NCBI GenBank assembly: GCA_965203515.1
Contig: OZ241907.1
Location: forward strand, 1,696,001-1,760,000
Source of the DNA: Spirochaetia bacterium
GTDB taxonomy: Bacteria > Spirochaetota > Spirochaetia > SZUA-6 > Bin103
Direction of reading: 5' to 3'
Length of the DNA stretch: 64,000 nucleotides
How positions within the stretch are numbered: the stretch's first letter is position 1; the number at the start of each line of letters is the position of its first letter. The position numbers were made by a program, and so were the translations under genes. The notes beneath the pieces are model-generated. The model had not been told where the DNA came from and did no database searches. It saw only the letters and a list, made by a program, of their open reading frames with translations. Positions 50,286 through 59,636 of the stretch are shown one piece after another.

Positions 50286-51638
50286 ATGAAGACCACCGTG
50301 CTGATCGTCGACGACGATGAGAACGTCGGCCGCAGCGTCTCCATGACGCTGGCCCGGCGCGGGATGGAGCCGCGTTGCGCGTCGCCGTCCGAATGGCCTG
50401 CGGCGCTGACCGAAGCCGTCGACGTGGTGCTGCTCGACCTGTACCTGGGCGGCGTCAAGGGCCGCGACGTCCTGGAGCGTCTGCTGGCGGAGCATCCGCT
50501 GGTGCCGGTCATCATCATGTCCGGTCTCGCTTCGGCCGAGGAGGCGGTCGACTGCGTGCGGCGCGGCGCCTTCGACTACCTGGAGAAACCGCTCACCGCC
50601 GAACGGCTGGCGATCACCGTGCGCAACGCCGCCCGCTTCCGGCAGGTGCGGCTGTCGGTCCTGGCCGACACCATGCCGGTCTTCGCGTCGCAGAGCATGC
50701 GCGCGCTGGCCGAAGACGCGCGCAAGGTGGCGGCCACCGACGCCGCCGTGCTGATCACCGGCGAGAGCGGAACCGGCAAGGAGGTGACCGCGCGCTACAT
50801 CCACGGCCTGTCGCGCCGCAGCGGGCAGCCGCTGATCAAGGTCGATTGCGGCGCGTTGCCCGAGAGCCTGATCGAGAGCGAGCTGTTCGGGCACGCGAAG
50901 GGGGCCTTTACCGGCGCGAACGCGGACTATGCCGGCAAGCTGCCGGCGGCCGCCGGCGGCACCCTGTTTCTGGACGAGGTAGCGGAGTTGCCGCCCACCG
51001 CGCAGACACGACTGCTGCGCTTCCTGGACTCGGGCGAGGTGCAGCGCGTCGGCTCGACTGCGGTCACCACGGTCGACGCACGGGTCATCGCCGCCACCAA
51101 CGTCGACCTCGAACAGGCCGTCGCCGACGGCGCGCTGCGCCGTGACCTCTACTACCGCCTCAACGTCATTCGGCTGCGGATCCCGCCGCTGCGGTCACGG
51201 CGCGAGGACATCGCCCCGCTCGCCGACAGCTTCGTGACCTCGTTGGCCGTGCGGCTGGGCGTGCAGCCGCCGGTCCTGAGCCCGGACGCGTACCGGCGGC
51301 TGCGCGCGCTGTCGCTCCCCGGCAACGTGCGCGAGCTCAAGACGATCATCGAGCGGGTGCTGGTGCTGGTCGGCGCGCCGGTGATCGACGCGGCGCACGT
51401 CGAGCGAGCGGCGGCCGGCGGCATGGTCGATGCCGACGACCCCTTCGCCCGCACCATGCCGCTTGCGGAGGCGAAGCGGCAGCTCGAACGCCGGTACCTG
51501 CAGCGCCAGCTCGATCTGCATGGGCGTTCGGTCAAGCGCACGGCAGCGGCGCTCGGTATACTGCCGAACAATCTGAGTCGCCGCGTGCGCCAGCTCGAAT
51601 CGCGGGATACGGAAGAGATCGAAGACGGCGAGCCGTGA
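50286..51638 (+). CDS. sigma54-dependent response regulator (NtrC/NtrX family)
   Basis: REC (IVDDD, LLD, EKP), GESGTGKE, GAFTGA, HTH. Confidence 0.93.
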   Translation: MKTTVLIVDDDENVGRSVSMTLARRGMEPRCASPSEWPAALTEAVDVVLLDLYLGGVKGRDVLERLLAEHPLVPVIIMSGLASAEEAVDCVRRGAFDYLEKPLTAERLAITVRNAARFRQVRLSVLADTMPVFASQSMRALAEDARKVAATDAAVLITGESGTGKEVTARYIHGLSRRSGQPLIKVDCGALPESLIESELFGHAKGAFTGANADYAGKLPAAAGGTLFLDEVAELPPTAQTRLLRFLDSGEVQRVGSTAVTTVDARVIAATNVDLEQAVADGALRRDLYYRLNVIRLRIPPLRSRREDIAPLADSFVTSLAVRLGVQPPVLSPDAYRRLRALSLPGNVRELKTIIERVLVLVGAPVIDAAHVERAAAGGMVDADDPFARTMPLAEAKRQLERRYLQRQLDLHGRSVKRTAAALGILPNNLSRRVRQLESRDTEEIEDGEP

Positions 51639-51723
51639 AGCGGCCGGCCGAGCGGATCGTCCGCCCCGGGCGCTGCGTGCCTCAACCCGACTCCGGGACA
51701 CATCCCGATATGGAAGGCGATCC

Positions 51724-53376
51724 ATGAAGCCACGCGCCGATCTCAACTACGATCTGGATACGTTCCGCGGCGACCTGTTCGGCGGCATCACCTCCACGGT
51801 GGTGGCGTTGCCGGTCTCGCTGGCGTTCGGCGTCGCGTCGGGGCTCGGGGCGGCGGCCGGGCTGTACGGGGCGATCGCGGTCGGCTTCTTCGCCGCCGTG
51901 TTCGGCGGCACGCGCTCGCAGATTTCGGGTCCCACCGCCCCCATGGCGGTGGCGATGTCGGTGATCATCACCACCCACGCGTCCAACCTCTCGGAGGCGC
52001 TGACGGTCGTGATGGCCGCCGGCCTGCTGCAGATGCTGTTCGGCGTGCTGGGCATCGGCCGCTTCATCGCCTACACGCCGCACGTCGTGGTCTCCGGCTT
52101 CATGACCGGCATCGGCATCATCGTCATGCTGATTCAGACGCTGCCGTTCCTGGGAGCGCCGACTGCGGCCGGCGGCGCGATCGGCGCGGTGCGCGCATGG
52201 CCGGAGGCGGTGGAGAACCTCAATCTCCACGCCATGGCGATCGCCGCGGCGACGCTCGTCATCGGCGCGATCTGGCCGCGCCGCCTGGCGCGCGTCGTTC
52301 CCGGCTCCCTGGTTGCGCTGATCGTGGGCACGGCGCTCGGCGTGCTGGTGTTCCGCGACGCGCCGGTGATCGGCGCAGTGCCCAGCGGGCTGCCGCAACT
52401 GCCGCACACGGAATTGCCGTCCGCCGGTTTCCTGCTGCGCGCTCTGCAGCCGGCGCTCATCCTGGCGCTGCTCGGGTCGGTCGACAGCCTGCTCACCTCC
52501 CTGGTGGCGGATTCGATCACCGGCACCCGTCACAACGCGAATCGGGAACTGGTGGGGCAGGGCCTCGGCAATCTGGTCGCCGGGCTGATCGGGGGCGTAC
52601 CGGGAGCCGGCGCGACCATGGGCACCGTGACCAACATCCGCGCCGGCGGGCAGACGCGCCTGTCGGGCGTGGTGCGCGCGGTACTGCTGCTCGGTCTGGT
52701 GCTGGGTCTGGGGCGCTACGTCGAGCCGATTCCGCATGCCGTGCTGGCCGGCATCCTGATGAAGGTGGGATGGGACATCGTCGACTGGCGTATGGTGCTT
52801 CGCCTCCACCGCATCCGACGCGAGCACCTGATGGTGCTGCTGCTCACGTTCGTCCTGACCGTGTTCGTGGATCTGGTGACCGCGGTGGCGATCGGGCTGA
52901 TCGCGGCCGGCATGGCGCATGCCCGTCAGCTCGAACGGCTGGAGCTCGACAGCGTGGTCTCGGTGCCGCTGCTGGACCGGACGTTCCTGACCGATGCGGG
53001 CGGCGCGATCGACCCGTACTCGGCGCGGGTCGGTCTCATCGCGCTCAGGGGCAGCTTCACCGTCGCCTCCGCCCAGAAGCTGGTCAGAGTGATCGGCCCG
53101 GACATCAAGGACCATGAGGTGGTGATCTTCGACTTCTCGGGCGCCACGTACGTGGACGACAGCGCGGCGATGCTGATCCGGCAGCTCCTGGACCTCGCCG
53201 GTGACGAGAACACCCAGTGCGTGGTGATGGGGCTGTCCGGCTCGGTCGCCGATACGCTCCGCGCGCTCGACGTGCTGCGCGGCGTCCCCGCCGATCAGGT
53301 CGTAGCGACGCTCGACGACGCTCGGCAGACCGCCCGGAAGCTGCTCGACGCCGCCTCTCCGGCTGCCGCATCCTGA
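51724..53376 (+). CDS. SulP-family anion transporter with STAS domain
   Basis: GLYGA, ISGPT, NRELVGQG and DFSGATYVDDS motifs. Confidence 0.93.
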   Translation: MKPRADLNYDLDTFRGDLFGGITSTVVALPVSLAFGVASGLGAAAGLYGAIAVGFFAAVFGGTRSQISGPTAPMAVAMSVIITTHASNLSEALTVVMAAGLLQMLFGVLGIGRFIAYTPHVVVSGFMTGIGIIVMLIQTLPFLGAPTAAGGAIGAVRAWPEAVENLNLHAMAIAAATLVIGAIWPRRLARVVPGSLVALIVGTALGVLVFRDAPVIGAVPSGLPQLPHTELPSAGFLLRALQPALILALLGSVDSLLTSLVADSITGTRHNANRELVGQGLGNLVAGLIGGVPGAGATMGTVTNIRAGGQTRLSGVVRAVLLLGLVLGLGRYVEPIPHAVLAGILMKVGWDIVDWRMVLRLHRIRREHLMVLLLTFVLTVFVDLVTAVAIGLIAAGMAHARQLERLELDSVVSVPLLDRTFLTDAGGAIDPYSARVGLIALRGSFTVASAQKLVRVIGPDIKDHEVVIFDFSGATYVDDSAAMLIRQLLDLAGDENTQCVVMGLSGSVADTLRALDVLRGVPADQVVATLDDARQTARKLLDAASPAAAS

Positions 53377-53416
53377 TCCCGAGCTCCCGCCGACGGCCGA
53401 TCCGGAATCTTTTTTG

Positions 53417-53452
53417 AGACACTTGTCTTCGACAGCAAAGGTGTCTTATACT
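53417..53452 (+). promoter_or_regulatory. Promoter TTGTCT-N18-TATACT overlapped by inverted repeat AGACAC...GTGTCT
   Basis: The -10 lies 7 nt before ATG 53460; dyad at 53417-53446. Confidence 0.55.
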
Positions 53453-53459
53453 GCATGCG

Positions 53460-53891
53460 ATGTCGAATGACGGCGACCGTCTGGCGATAGACGAACTGTG
53501 CGCCCTGGTGGATCTGCCCAGGCGTACCGTCCGCTACTACATCCAGGAAGGACTCGTCGACCGGCCCGCCGGGGCCAAGCGTGGCGCCTACTACACCAGG
53601 CGCCACGTGGAACAATTGATGACGATCCGCACCTGGCAGCGGGCCGGCCTGAGCCTGGAACGTATCCGCGAGCTGGTGGCCGGCGGCGGTAAGAGCTCCG
53701 CTCCCCTGCCGCCGCCGCGCCCCCGGCGCCCCGGAGACGTGACGTTGCGTACCCACGTCACGATCCGCCCCGGCGTCGAGCTGGTGATCGATCCGCATGA
53801 ATCGGGTCTGAGCGCCGAGGAGGTGCGTGCGGTCGTCCGTCGAACGGCATCGCTCATCGACGAAACGCGCAAGGAGGATGCAGAGAGATGA
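53460..53891 (+). CDS. MerR-like HTH protein
   Basis: IDELC...RTVRYYIQEGLV...Y...GLSLERIR. Confidence 0.87.
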   Translation: MSNDGDRLAIDELCALVDLPRRTVRYYIQEGLVDRPAGAKRGAYYTRRHVEQLMTIRTWQRAGLSLERIRELVAGGGKSSAPLPPPRPRRPGDVTLRTHVTIRPGVELVIDPHESGLSAEEVRAVVRRTASLIDETRKEDAER

Positions 53892-56233
53892 GAACGACGA
53901 CGATCCTGGTCGCAACGATGGAGACCGCTCACGGCGACGTGGTGTTGGAGGAGGTCGGCATCGACGCCGCGATCGACGACCTCATGGCGGCCGTCAGCGT
54001 GTGTCAGCGGTACCGCAACCCCGGCACGACCCACGTGGAGGCGGTCTACACCTTCCCGCTGCCGCTGGATGCCGTCCTGTTGCAGTTCGAGCTGGAGCTG
54101 GGCGATCGGCGGATGGCCGGCACGGTCATAGCCAAGCCGGACGCCGAAGAGCGGTATGAGAACGCCATCGCCGAAGGCGACGCGGCGGTGCGCCTGGAGC
54201 AGTCGCAGCCGGGGCTCTACACCGCGAACGTCGGCAACCTGGCTCCGGGCGAGACGGCGACCGTCCGCTTCCGGTACGGGCTTCTGCTGCGCTGGAACGG
54301 CGACACCGTCCGGCTCATGCTGCCGACGACCATCGCCCCGCGGTACGGCGATCCGGCCGCCGGCGGCCTTGCCCCGCATCAGGCGCCGGAGTACGCGTTC
54401 GACGCCGAACGCTCCTTTCGGCTGCAGGCCGCGGTGCGGGGCGCGCTGCAGGGGGCGCGCTGGGCATCGCCGTCGCACGACATCGCGGTCACGCCTGACA
54501 CCTGGCAGACGGTGATCGAGATCGCCCGGCCTGCGGCGATGGACCGCGACGTGGTGCTGGAGGCGCGCGCCGCGGCGGCGGTCGATACCGGCGATAGCAG
54601 GGCGTTGCTCGCCCGCGACGGAGGAGGCTGGGTCGTCCTGGCGAGCTTCCGGCCCGAGCTGACCGACCTGACCGAACCCGCAGCGCACCGCAACCTCAAG
54701 ATCGTCGTCGACTGCTCCGGATCGATGAGCGGCGACTCGATCGCCCAGGTGCGGATCGCCGGAGAGCGGATACTCGAAAGCCTGCGGCCCGGCGACCTGT
54801 TCGACATCGTCGCGTTCGGCAGCCGCCATCGCGCGCTGTTCGGCCGCGAGACGCCGGCGTCCGCGGCCAACGTCGCCCGCGCGCGCCGCTTCGTGAGCGG
54901 CCTGGACGCCGACATGGGCGGCACGGAGATACAGGCCGCGCTGCGGGCCGCCTACCGCATCGCCGGAGAACCCGGCATGACGCGCGACCTGCTGCTGATC
55001 ACCGACGGCGAAGTGTGGCAGACCAGGAGCGCCGTCGATGAGGCGCGCCGGTCCGGCCACCGCATCTTTACGGTCGGCGTCGGCAGCTCGGTCGCCGAGC
55101 CGTTCGTCCGCGCGCTCGCCAAAGCGACCGGCGGCGCCTGCGAGCTGGTAGCGCCGCGGGAAGACATGGCCGAACGCATCCACCGCCACTTCCAGCGCAT
55201 CCTCGCGCCGCCCGCGCGTACGGCTCGCGTCGTCTGGCCGGCCCCCGTACGGCAGACGGTCCCCGATCCGCTGCCGCCGCCGTACCCCGGCGACACCATG
55301 CACCTGTTCGGATCGTTCGCCGAGCGGCCGTGCGGACCGGTCACCCTGGAGCTGGAGTTGGCCGACGGCCGCACGATCACCCAACGGATGGAGGTCGGCC
55401 CGGAGCCGACCGATGACACCGTGGACGGGCCGAGCGCCGTTCGGTCCGACGTGGCGCGCATGGGCGCCGCGCAGCGGTTGCCGGCGATGGCCGACGGGGC
55501 GGCGGCGACCGAGCTGGCGGTCCGGTATCAACTCCTGTCGGAGTGGACGGACTACCTGGTCGTTCACGTGCGGGCGGAGGCCGACAAGGCGAACGATCTG
55601 CCGGCCCTGGTCAAGGTCCCGCAGGTGCTGGCCGCCGGCTGGCACGGAGTCGGCACCGTGCTGCACGATCGCGCCGCGCCGCGCCCGATGGCCGCGCCAC
55701 AGCCGATGGATCAGGACGTCGGCGAACCGCTCTGTGAGTACAGAGCAAGACCTTCTGCGGGCCGTTCTGACAAATCCCGAAGAGGCACGCGGAAACCAGC
55801 GTCTGGGGCGCGAGCGAGCCACCGCCGGTCGGATCTCACCTATGCAGAACGCCGGCTTCCAGATGAGGCCTTCTCCCCAGAGCCCCTTCCAGCGCCGCAC
55901 GCGATCACCCCTGTCGAACTCGTCGCCGCGCTGAACGAGCGCCCGCTGCCGGCCGCGCCGACGCTCGACGATCTGCTGGCGCGCGGCGTTCCCGACGAGA
56001 TCGTCGACCAGCTCCGGGAACTGGCCGACGGAGGCGGTGAGGACCCGTCCGCTATCGCCATCATCTTCCTGTACCTGCTGTGCCGGTCATCCGCCGGCAA
56101 GGCGCTGGACGCGCAGCAACGCCGGTCGATACTGGCCGCCTACCGGAAGCTGTCGGACCGCGAGGCGACGGTCCGCGCCGTCCGGCGCGTCTGGCGGGAG
56201 TGGGAGGCATCCGGCGCCCACGCGCTCCCGTAA
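53888..56233 (+). CDS. VIT + vWA domain protein
   Basis: EAVYTFPLP (VIT), DCSGSM MIDAS, GGTE, LITDG. ATGA overlap with the HTH gene. Confidence 0.9.
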   Translation: MRTTTILVATMETAHGDVVLEEVGIDAAIDDLMAAVSVCQRYRNPGTTHVEAVYTFPLPLDAVLLQFELELGDRRMAGTVIAKPDAEERYENAIAEGDAAVRLEQSQPGLYTANVGNLAPGETATVRFRYGLLLRWNGDTVRLMLPTTIAPRYGDPAAGGLAPHQAPEYAFDAERSFRLQAAVRGALQGARWASPSHDIAVTPDTWQTVIEIARPAAMDRDVVLEARAAAAVDTGDSRALLARDGGGWVVLASFRPELTDLTEPAAHRNLKIVVDCSGSMSGDSIAQVRIAGERILESLRPGDLFDIVAFGSRHRALFGRETPASAANVARARRFVSGLDADMGGTEIQAALRAAYRIAGEPGMTRDLLLITDGEVWQTRSAVDEARRSGHRIFTVGVGSSVAEPFVRALAKATGGACELVAPREDMAERIHRHFQRILAPPARTARVVWPAPVRQTVPDPLPPPYPGDTMHLFGSFAERPCGPVTLELELADGRTITQRMEVGPEPTDDTVDGPSAVRSDVARMGAAQRLPAMADGAAATELAVRYQLLSEWTDYLVVHVRAEADKANDLPALVKVPQVLAAGWHGVGTVLHDRAAPRPMAAPQPMDQDVGEPLCEYRARPSAGRSDKSRRGTRKPASGARASHRRSDLTYAERRLPDEAFSPEPLPAPHAITPVELVAALNERPLPAAPTLDDLLARGVPDEIVDQLRELADGGGEDPSAIAIIFLYLLCRSSAGKALDAQQRRSILAAYRKLSDREATVRAVRRVWREWEASGAHALP

Positions 56234-56369
56234 CCCTTACGGCCGGCCGGGGGAACCCGGCCGGCCCTTCAGGCGCCTCACGTCCGCAGCCGACGGCCCG
56301 GCGCATCGCCGGCTCACCCTCCTTGACCGTGGCCGCCGGTTGCGGTAATCACGTCCGGTCACTCACGAG

Positions 56370-57401
56370 ATGAGCATTACCCGCACCGAGTTCGGCGTTG
56401 CCGGCGACAGCCCGGTCTACCGCTATGAAATGCGCAACCGCCGCGGCACGACCGCGGCGGTGTTGACGCTGGGCGCCAATCTGCAATCGGTGCGCGCGCC
56501 GGGCCGGCATGACCCGGAAGAGATCACCCTGAGCTACGACGACGTGAGCGGCTACCTGGACCCGGACTACCCGTACTTCGGCGCCGTGATCGGCCGGGTC
56601 GCCAACCGCATCGCCGGCGGCGTCTTCGATCTCGACGGCGCCCGCTACGAGCTGGCGCGCAACGCGGGCGACCTGCACCTGCACGGCGGCGCGATCGGCT
56701 TCGACCGGCGCATCTGGGAAGCCGACGCGCACGAGGACGACGGCGAGGACCGCATCGCGCTGCGCTACCGCAGCCCCGACGGCGAGGAGGGATACCCCGG
56801 CGCTCTCACCGCGCAGGCGGTCTACCGATTGACCGAGCACGACGAGCTGGTGATCGATCTGCAGGCGTCCACCGACGCGCCGACGATCGTCAACCTCACC
56901 AATCACGCCTACTGGAATCTGGCCGGCGCCGGCAACGGGACCGTGGAGGGCCACGAGCTCCACCTGCACTGCTCGCGCGTGCTGCAGCGAGGCGCCGACG
57001 GAGTCCCCACCGGCGCAGTGGTGCCGGTGACCGGCAGCGCCTTCGACTTCACTCACCCGCGCCGGATCGGCGATCGGATCCGGCAGGCCGGCGGTTACGA
57101 CCACTGCTTCGTGATCGACGGAGCGCCCGGACAGCTCCGCACGTTCGCCCGCGTGTACGCGCCGGGCTCCGGCCGGGTCATGGAGGTGGCCACCACGCAG
57201 CCCGGAGTGCAGCTCTACACCTCGGAGTTCCTGCCGCCCACCGTCGGCGCCGGCGGGCGGATGTTCGGGCCGCGCGGCGCCCTCTGCCTGGAGACCCAAC
57301 ACTTCCCCGACAGCGTGCACCACCCCCACTTTCCCTCGATCGTGCTGCGGCCGGGCCAGACCTACCGGCACCGCACCGTGCACCGCTTCTGGGTGACGTA
57401 A
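56370..57401 (+). CDS. galM: Aldose 1-epimerase (galactose mutarotase)
   Basis: GRVANRI, HLHGG, NLTNHAYWNL, GYDH and CLETQ motifs. Confidence 0.93.
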   Translation: MSITRTEFGVAGDSPVYRYEMRNRRGTTAAVLTLGANLQSVRAPGRHDPEEITLSYDDVSGYLDPDYPYFGAVIGRVANRIAGGVFDLDGARYELARNAGDLHLHGGAIGFDRRIWEADAHEDDGEDRIALRYRSPDGEEGYPGALTAQAVYRLTEHDELVIDLQASTDAPTIVNLTNHAYWNLAGAGNGTVEGHELHLHCSRVLQRGADGVPTGAVVPVTGSAFDFTHPRRIGDRIRQAGGYDHCFVIDGAPGQLRTFARVYAPGSGRVMEVATTQPGVQLYTSEFLPPTVGAGGRMFGPRGALCLETQHFPDSVHHPHFPSIVLRPGQTYRHRTVHRFWVT

Positions 57402-57448
57402 CCGACGCCAGGAACCGCGGCTCCGGCCGCCAGGGAACGGCGGCTCCG

Positions 57449-58597
57449 TCAGACCGCCAGCCGGTACTCCTCGTAAGCGTTGGCGCGCGGGTTGCCGCGG
57501 CTGACGTGCATGCGGCCGGCGTCCGCCTCGATGACGACCGAGAACACGCTGGTCCAGAAGCCGTGCCGGGGGTGATCGTTGGCGTGCCGGCAGATCGACC
57601 GCGGCGCGCCCTGATGATCGCGCAACGCCGCCTGCGCCGCCCGGAGGACGTCGCCGCCGCCGGCGGCCCCTTCCAGCAGGGCGTCGATGCGCCGCTTGCG
57701 CGGACCGGACTCGATCAGCTCCGGGAAGCGGTCGTTCACCGCGGCCAACGCCGGATGCAGGCAGTGGTTGGTGTGGGTCAGCCAGGCGGCTCCGCCGTCC
57801 GGCCGCAGCACGCGCAAGTCGTCGATCAGAATCTCGAAGTCGGCCGGCCCCTGCGGCGTAGCCAGCAGGAGGTTGGCCGGAATGGCGCGCCGCGCGCTCC
57901 GCACCTCGTCGATAGCGGCATCGAGCGATTCGGCCTCCAGCACGCGGCGCACGATGAAGTAATGCGGTACGCCGACCCCGCGGGCTGGCGCCGGCAGCGC
58001 GTTCAGACAGACGCCGATGCCGCGCTCGCTGCAACCGACGTAGCCGATCAACCCGGCCTGGCCGATCGTCAGCGTCGCCGGAGCGGCCAACGGCCGGCGG
58101 GTCAGCACCACCGTGTACGGGTCGAGTTCCGGGTCGTTGTCCCAGTTCTGGGCGACCAGCGCCGGCCGCCGCGCCGCCAGAGCGGTGCAGCCGCCGTCGC
58201 CCGGCGCCGCCTCGCCTGCGTGCCGCCGCCCGGCGTCTTCGCTGCCCCGAAGTTGATTGCGGACCTGCAGGAGCATCAACTCCGCAAGCGATAGGCCGCT
58301 CGATTCGGCCATTCCGTGCAGCTCGGCAAGCAGCTCCGGCGCATAGTCGGCGACGTACGGGATGCACGCGGAGGCGGCGGCGAGCGCATGCTCGCGGGTG
58401 ACCGGTACCGTCTTGTTGACCCGGTCCAGGGCGATGCGCGCGAAGCCGCGAATCTCCTCTCCCGCCGCTTCGCCGATCCGGCGGCCGATTTCGCGCGGCG
58501 TCCCCTCCACCTCGATTTCGCGATAGCGCCAAGCACTGCCGGCCGCAATGCGGCGGTAGCCGCTGGGCGGCGCGCCGCCGGCGATCGGTTCCATCAC
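57449..58597 (-). CDS. Peptidase C45 family Ntn-hydrolase
   Basis: GGCT autoproteolysis site, QNWD and HTNH. Confidence 0.87.
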   Translation of the reverse strand: MMEPIAGGAPPSGYRRIAAGSAWRYREIEVEGTPREIGRRIGEAAGEEIRGFARIALDRVNKTVPVTREHALAAASACIPYVADYAPELLAELHGMAESSGLSLAELMLLQVRNQLRGSEDAGRRHAGEAAPGDGGCTALAARRPALVAQNWDNDPELDPYTVVLTRRPLAAPATLTIGQAGLIGYVGCSERGIGVCLNALPAPARGVGVPHYFIVRRVLEAESLDAAIDEVRSARRAIPANLLLATPQGPADFEILIDDLRVLRPDGGAAWLTHTNHCLHPALAAVNDRFPELIESGPRKRRIDALLEGAAGGGDVLRAAQAALRDHQGAPRSICRHANDHPRHGFWTSVFSVVIEADAGRMHVSRGNPRANAYEEYRLAV

Positions 58598-59577
58598 GAA
58601 TCGAGATCGATCACGACCTGGCAGGCGCCGTCGTCGCCGGAGCGCGACAGCTCATAGGCCCGCGCCGCGTCGTCGATCGACAGGCGGTGGGTGATCAGTC
58701 CGTCGAAGTCGAAATCGCCGCGGGCCAGATGGTTGGTCGCCAGTCGATAGGCGTGGTAGCCGCCGGCCTCGTAGGTGGCCGGCGTCGACATCAGCACCGC
58801 GCACTGCTTCTGGTAGAGCACGCCGTAGTCGAGCGGAACGGTCGGCGCGCGCGGCTCGCCGTACAGCAGCAGGCGCCCCTCCGCGCGCACCAGCGCAAGC
58901 GCCAGGTTGATCGACGCCGCGGCGCCGGCCGCCTCCACCACCACGTCCGGGAGCGCGCCGGAGACCGCGGCCACCTGCGCCGCCGCATCGGCAGCGCCGC
59001 CGCCGGGATCGACTACGGCGGTGGCGCCGTAGCGCAACGCCGCCTCGCGCCGCGCGGCGATCGGGTCGATCCCGATCACCTGCCGCGCGCCGGCGCGCCG
59101 CAGCACCGCGTCCAGCACCACGCCGGCCGGCCCCTGACCGACCACCGCCACCGACCGCCCCACGACGTCGCGGAGCCGGTCGGCCGCGATCAGGGCGCAG
59201 GCGAGCTGATGCACCAGCGCCAGCCGGTCGAGCGGCGTGTCGAGCGTCTGATGGATCAGCTCGCCGATCGGGACCAGGATCTGCTCCGCCAGTCCGTCGT
59301 AGCCGGGACGCCGGACGATGGCGACCTCGTCCACCACGAACGGCAGCGGCTTGACGCCGACGTACTCGATCGCCTCGACGCGGCCCACGATCTGATGCGC
59401 GCACGTCGACTGAGCCAGCGGGTAGGAGCCGGGGGCGCCGTCGTAGACGCGGCGCGTGTCGCCGCCGCCGATGGCGATGACCAGCGGTCGTACCACCGCG
59501 CTGCCGGGCCGGACCGTCAGATCGGCGACCTGATCCACTTCGACGCGGCCGGGCGCGACGATCCGGGCGCTCTTCAT
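58594..59577 (-). CDS. MDR (zinc-binding dehydrogenase family) oxidoreductase
   Basis: GQGPAG, VVEAAG and LITHR motifs. Confidence 0.85.
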   Translation of the reverse strand: MKSARIVAPGRVEVDQVADLTVRPGSAVVRPLVIAIGGGDTRRVYDGAPGSYPLAQSTCAHQIVGRVEAIEYVGVKPLPFVVDEVAIVRRPGYDGLAEQILVPIGELIHQTLDTPLDRLALVHQLACALIAADRLRDVVGRSVAVVGQGPAGVVLDAVLRRAGARQVIGIDPIAARREAALRYGATAVVDPGGGAADAAAQVAAVSGALPDVVVEAAGAAASINLALALVRAEGRLLLYGEPRAPTVPLDYGVLYQKQCAVLMSTPATYEAGGYHAYRLATNHLARGDFDFDGLITHRLSIDDAARAYELSRSGDDGACQVVIDLDS

Positions 59578-59636
59578 GCCGCCCCGATCCTACCGAACTG
59601 GCCGCAGGCGACAACAGCCCGATACAATCCGCACCG

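Noticed and set aside
57405..57448. Imperfect direct repeat CGCCAGG(G)AAC.GCGGCTCCG between convergent genes
   Set aside because: Only two degenerate GC-rich copies, not seen elsewhere in the window, and no function is supportable.
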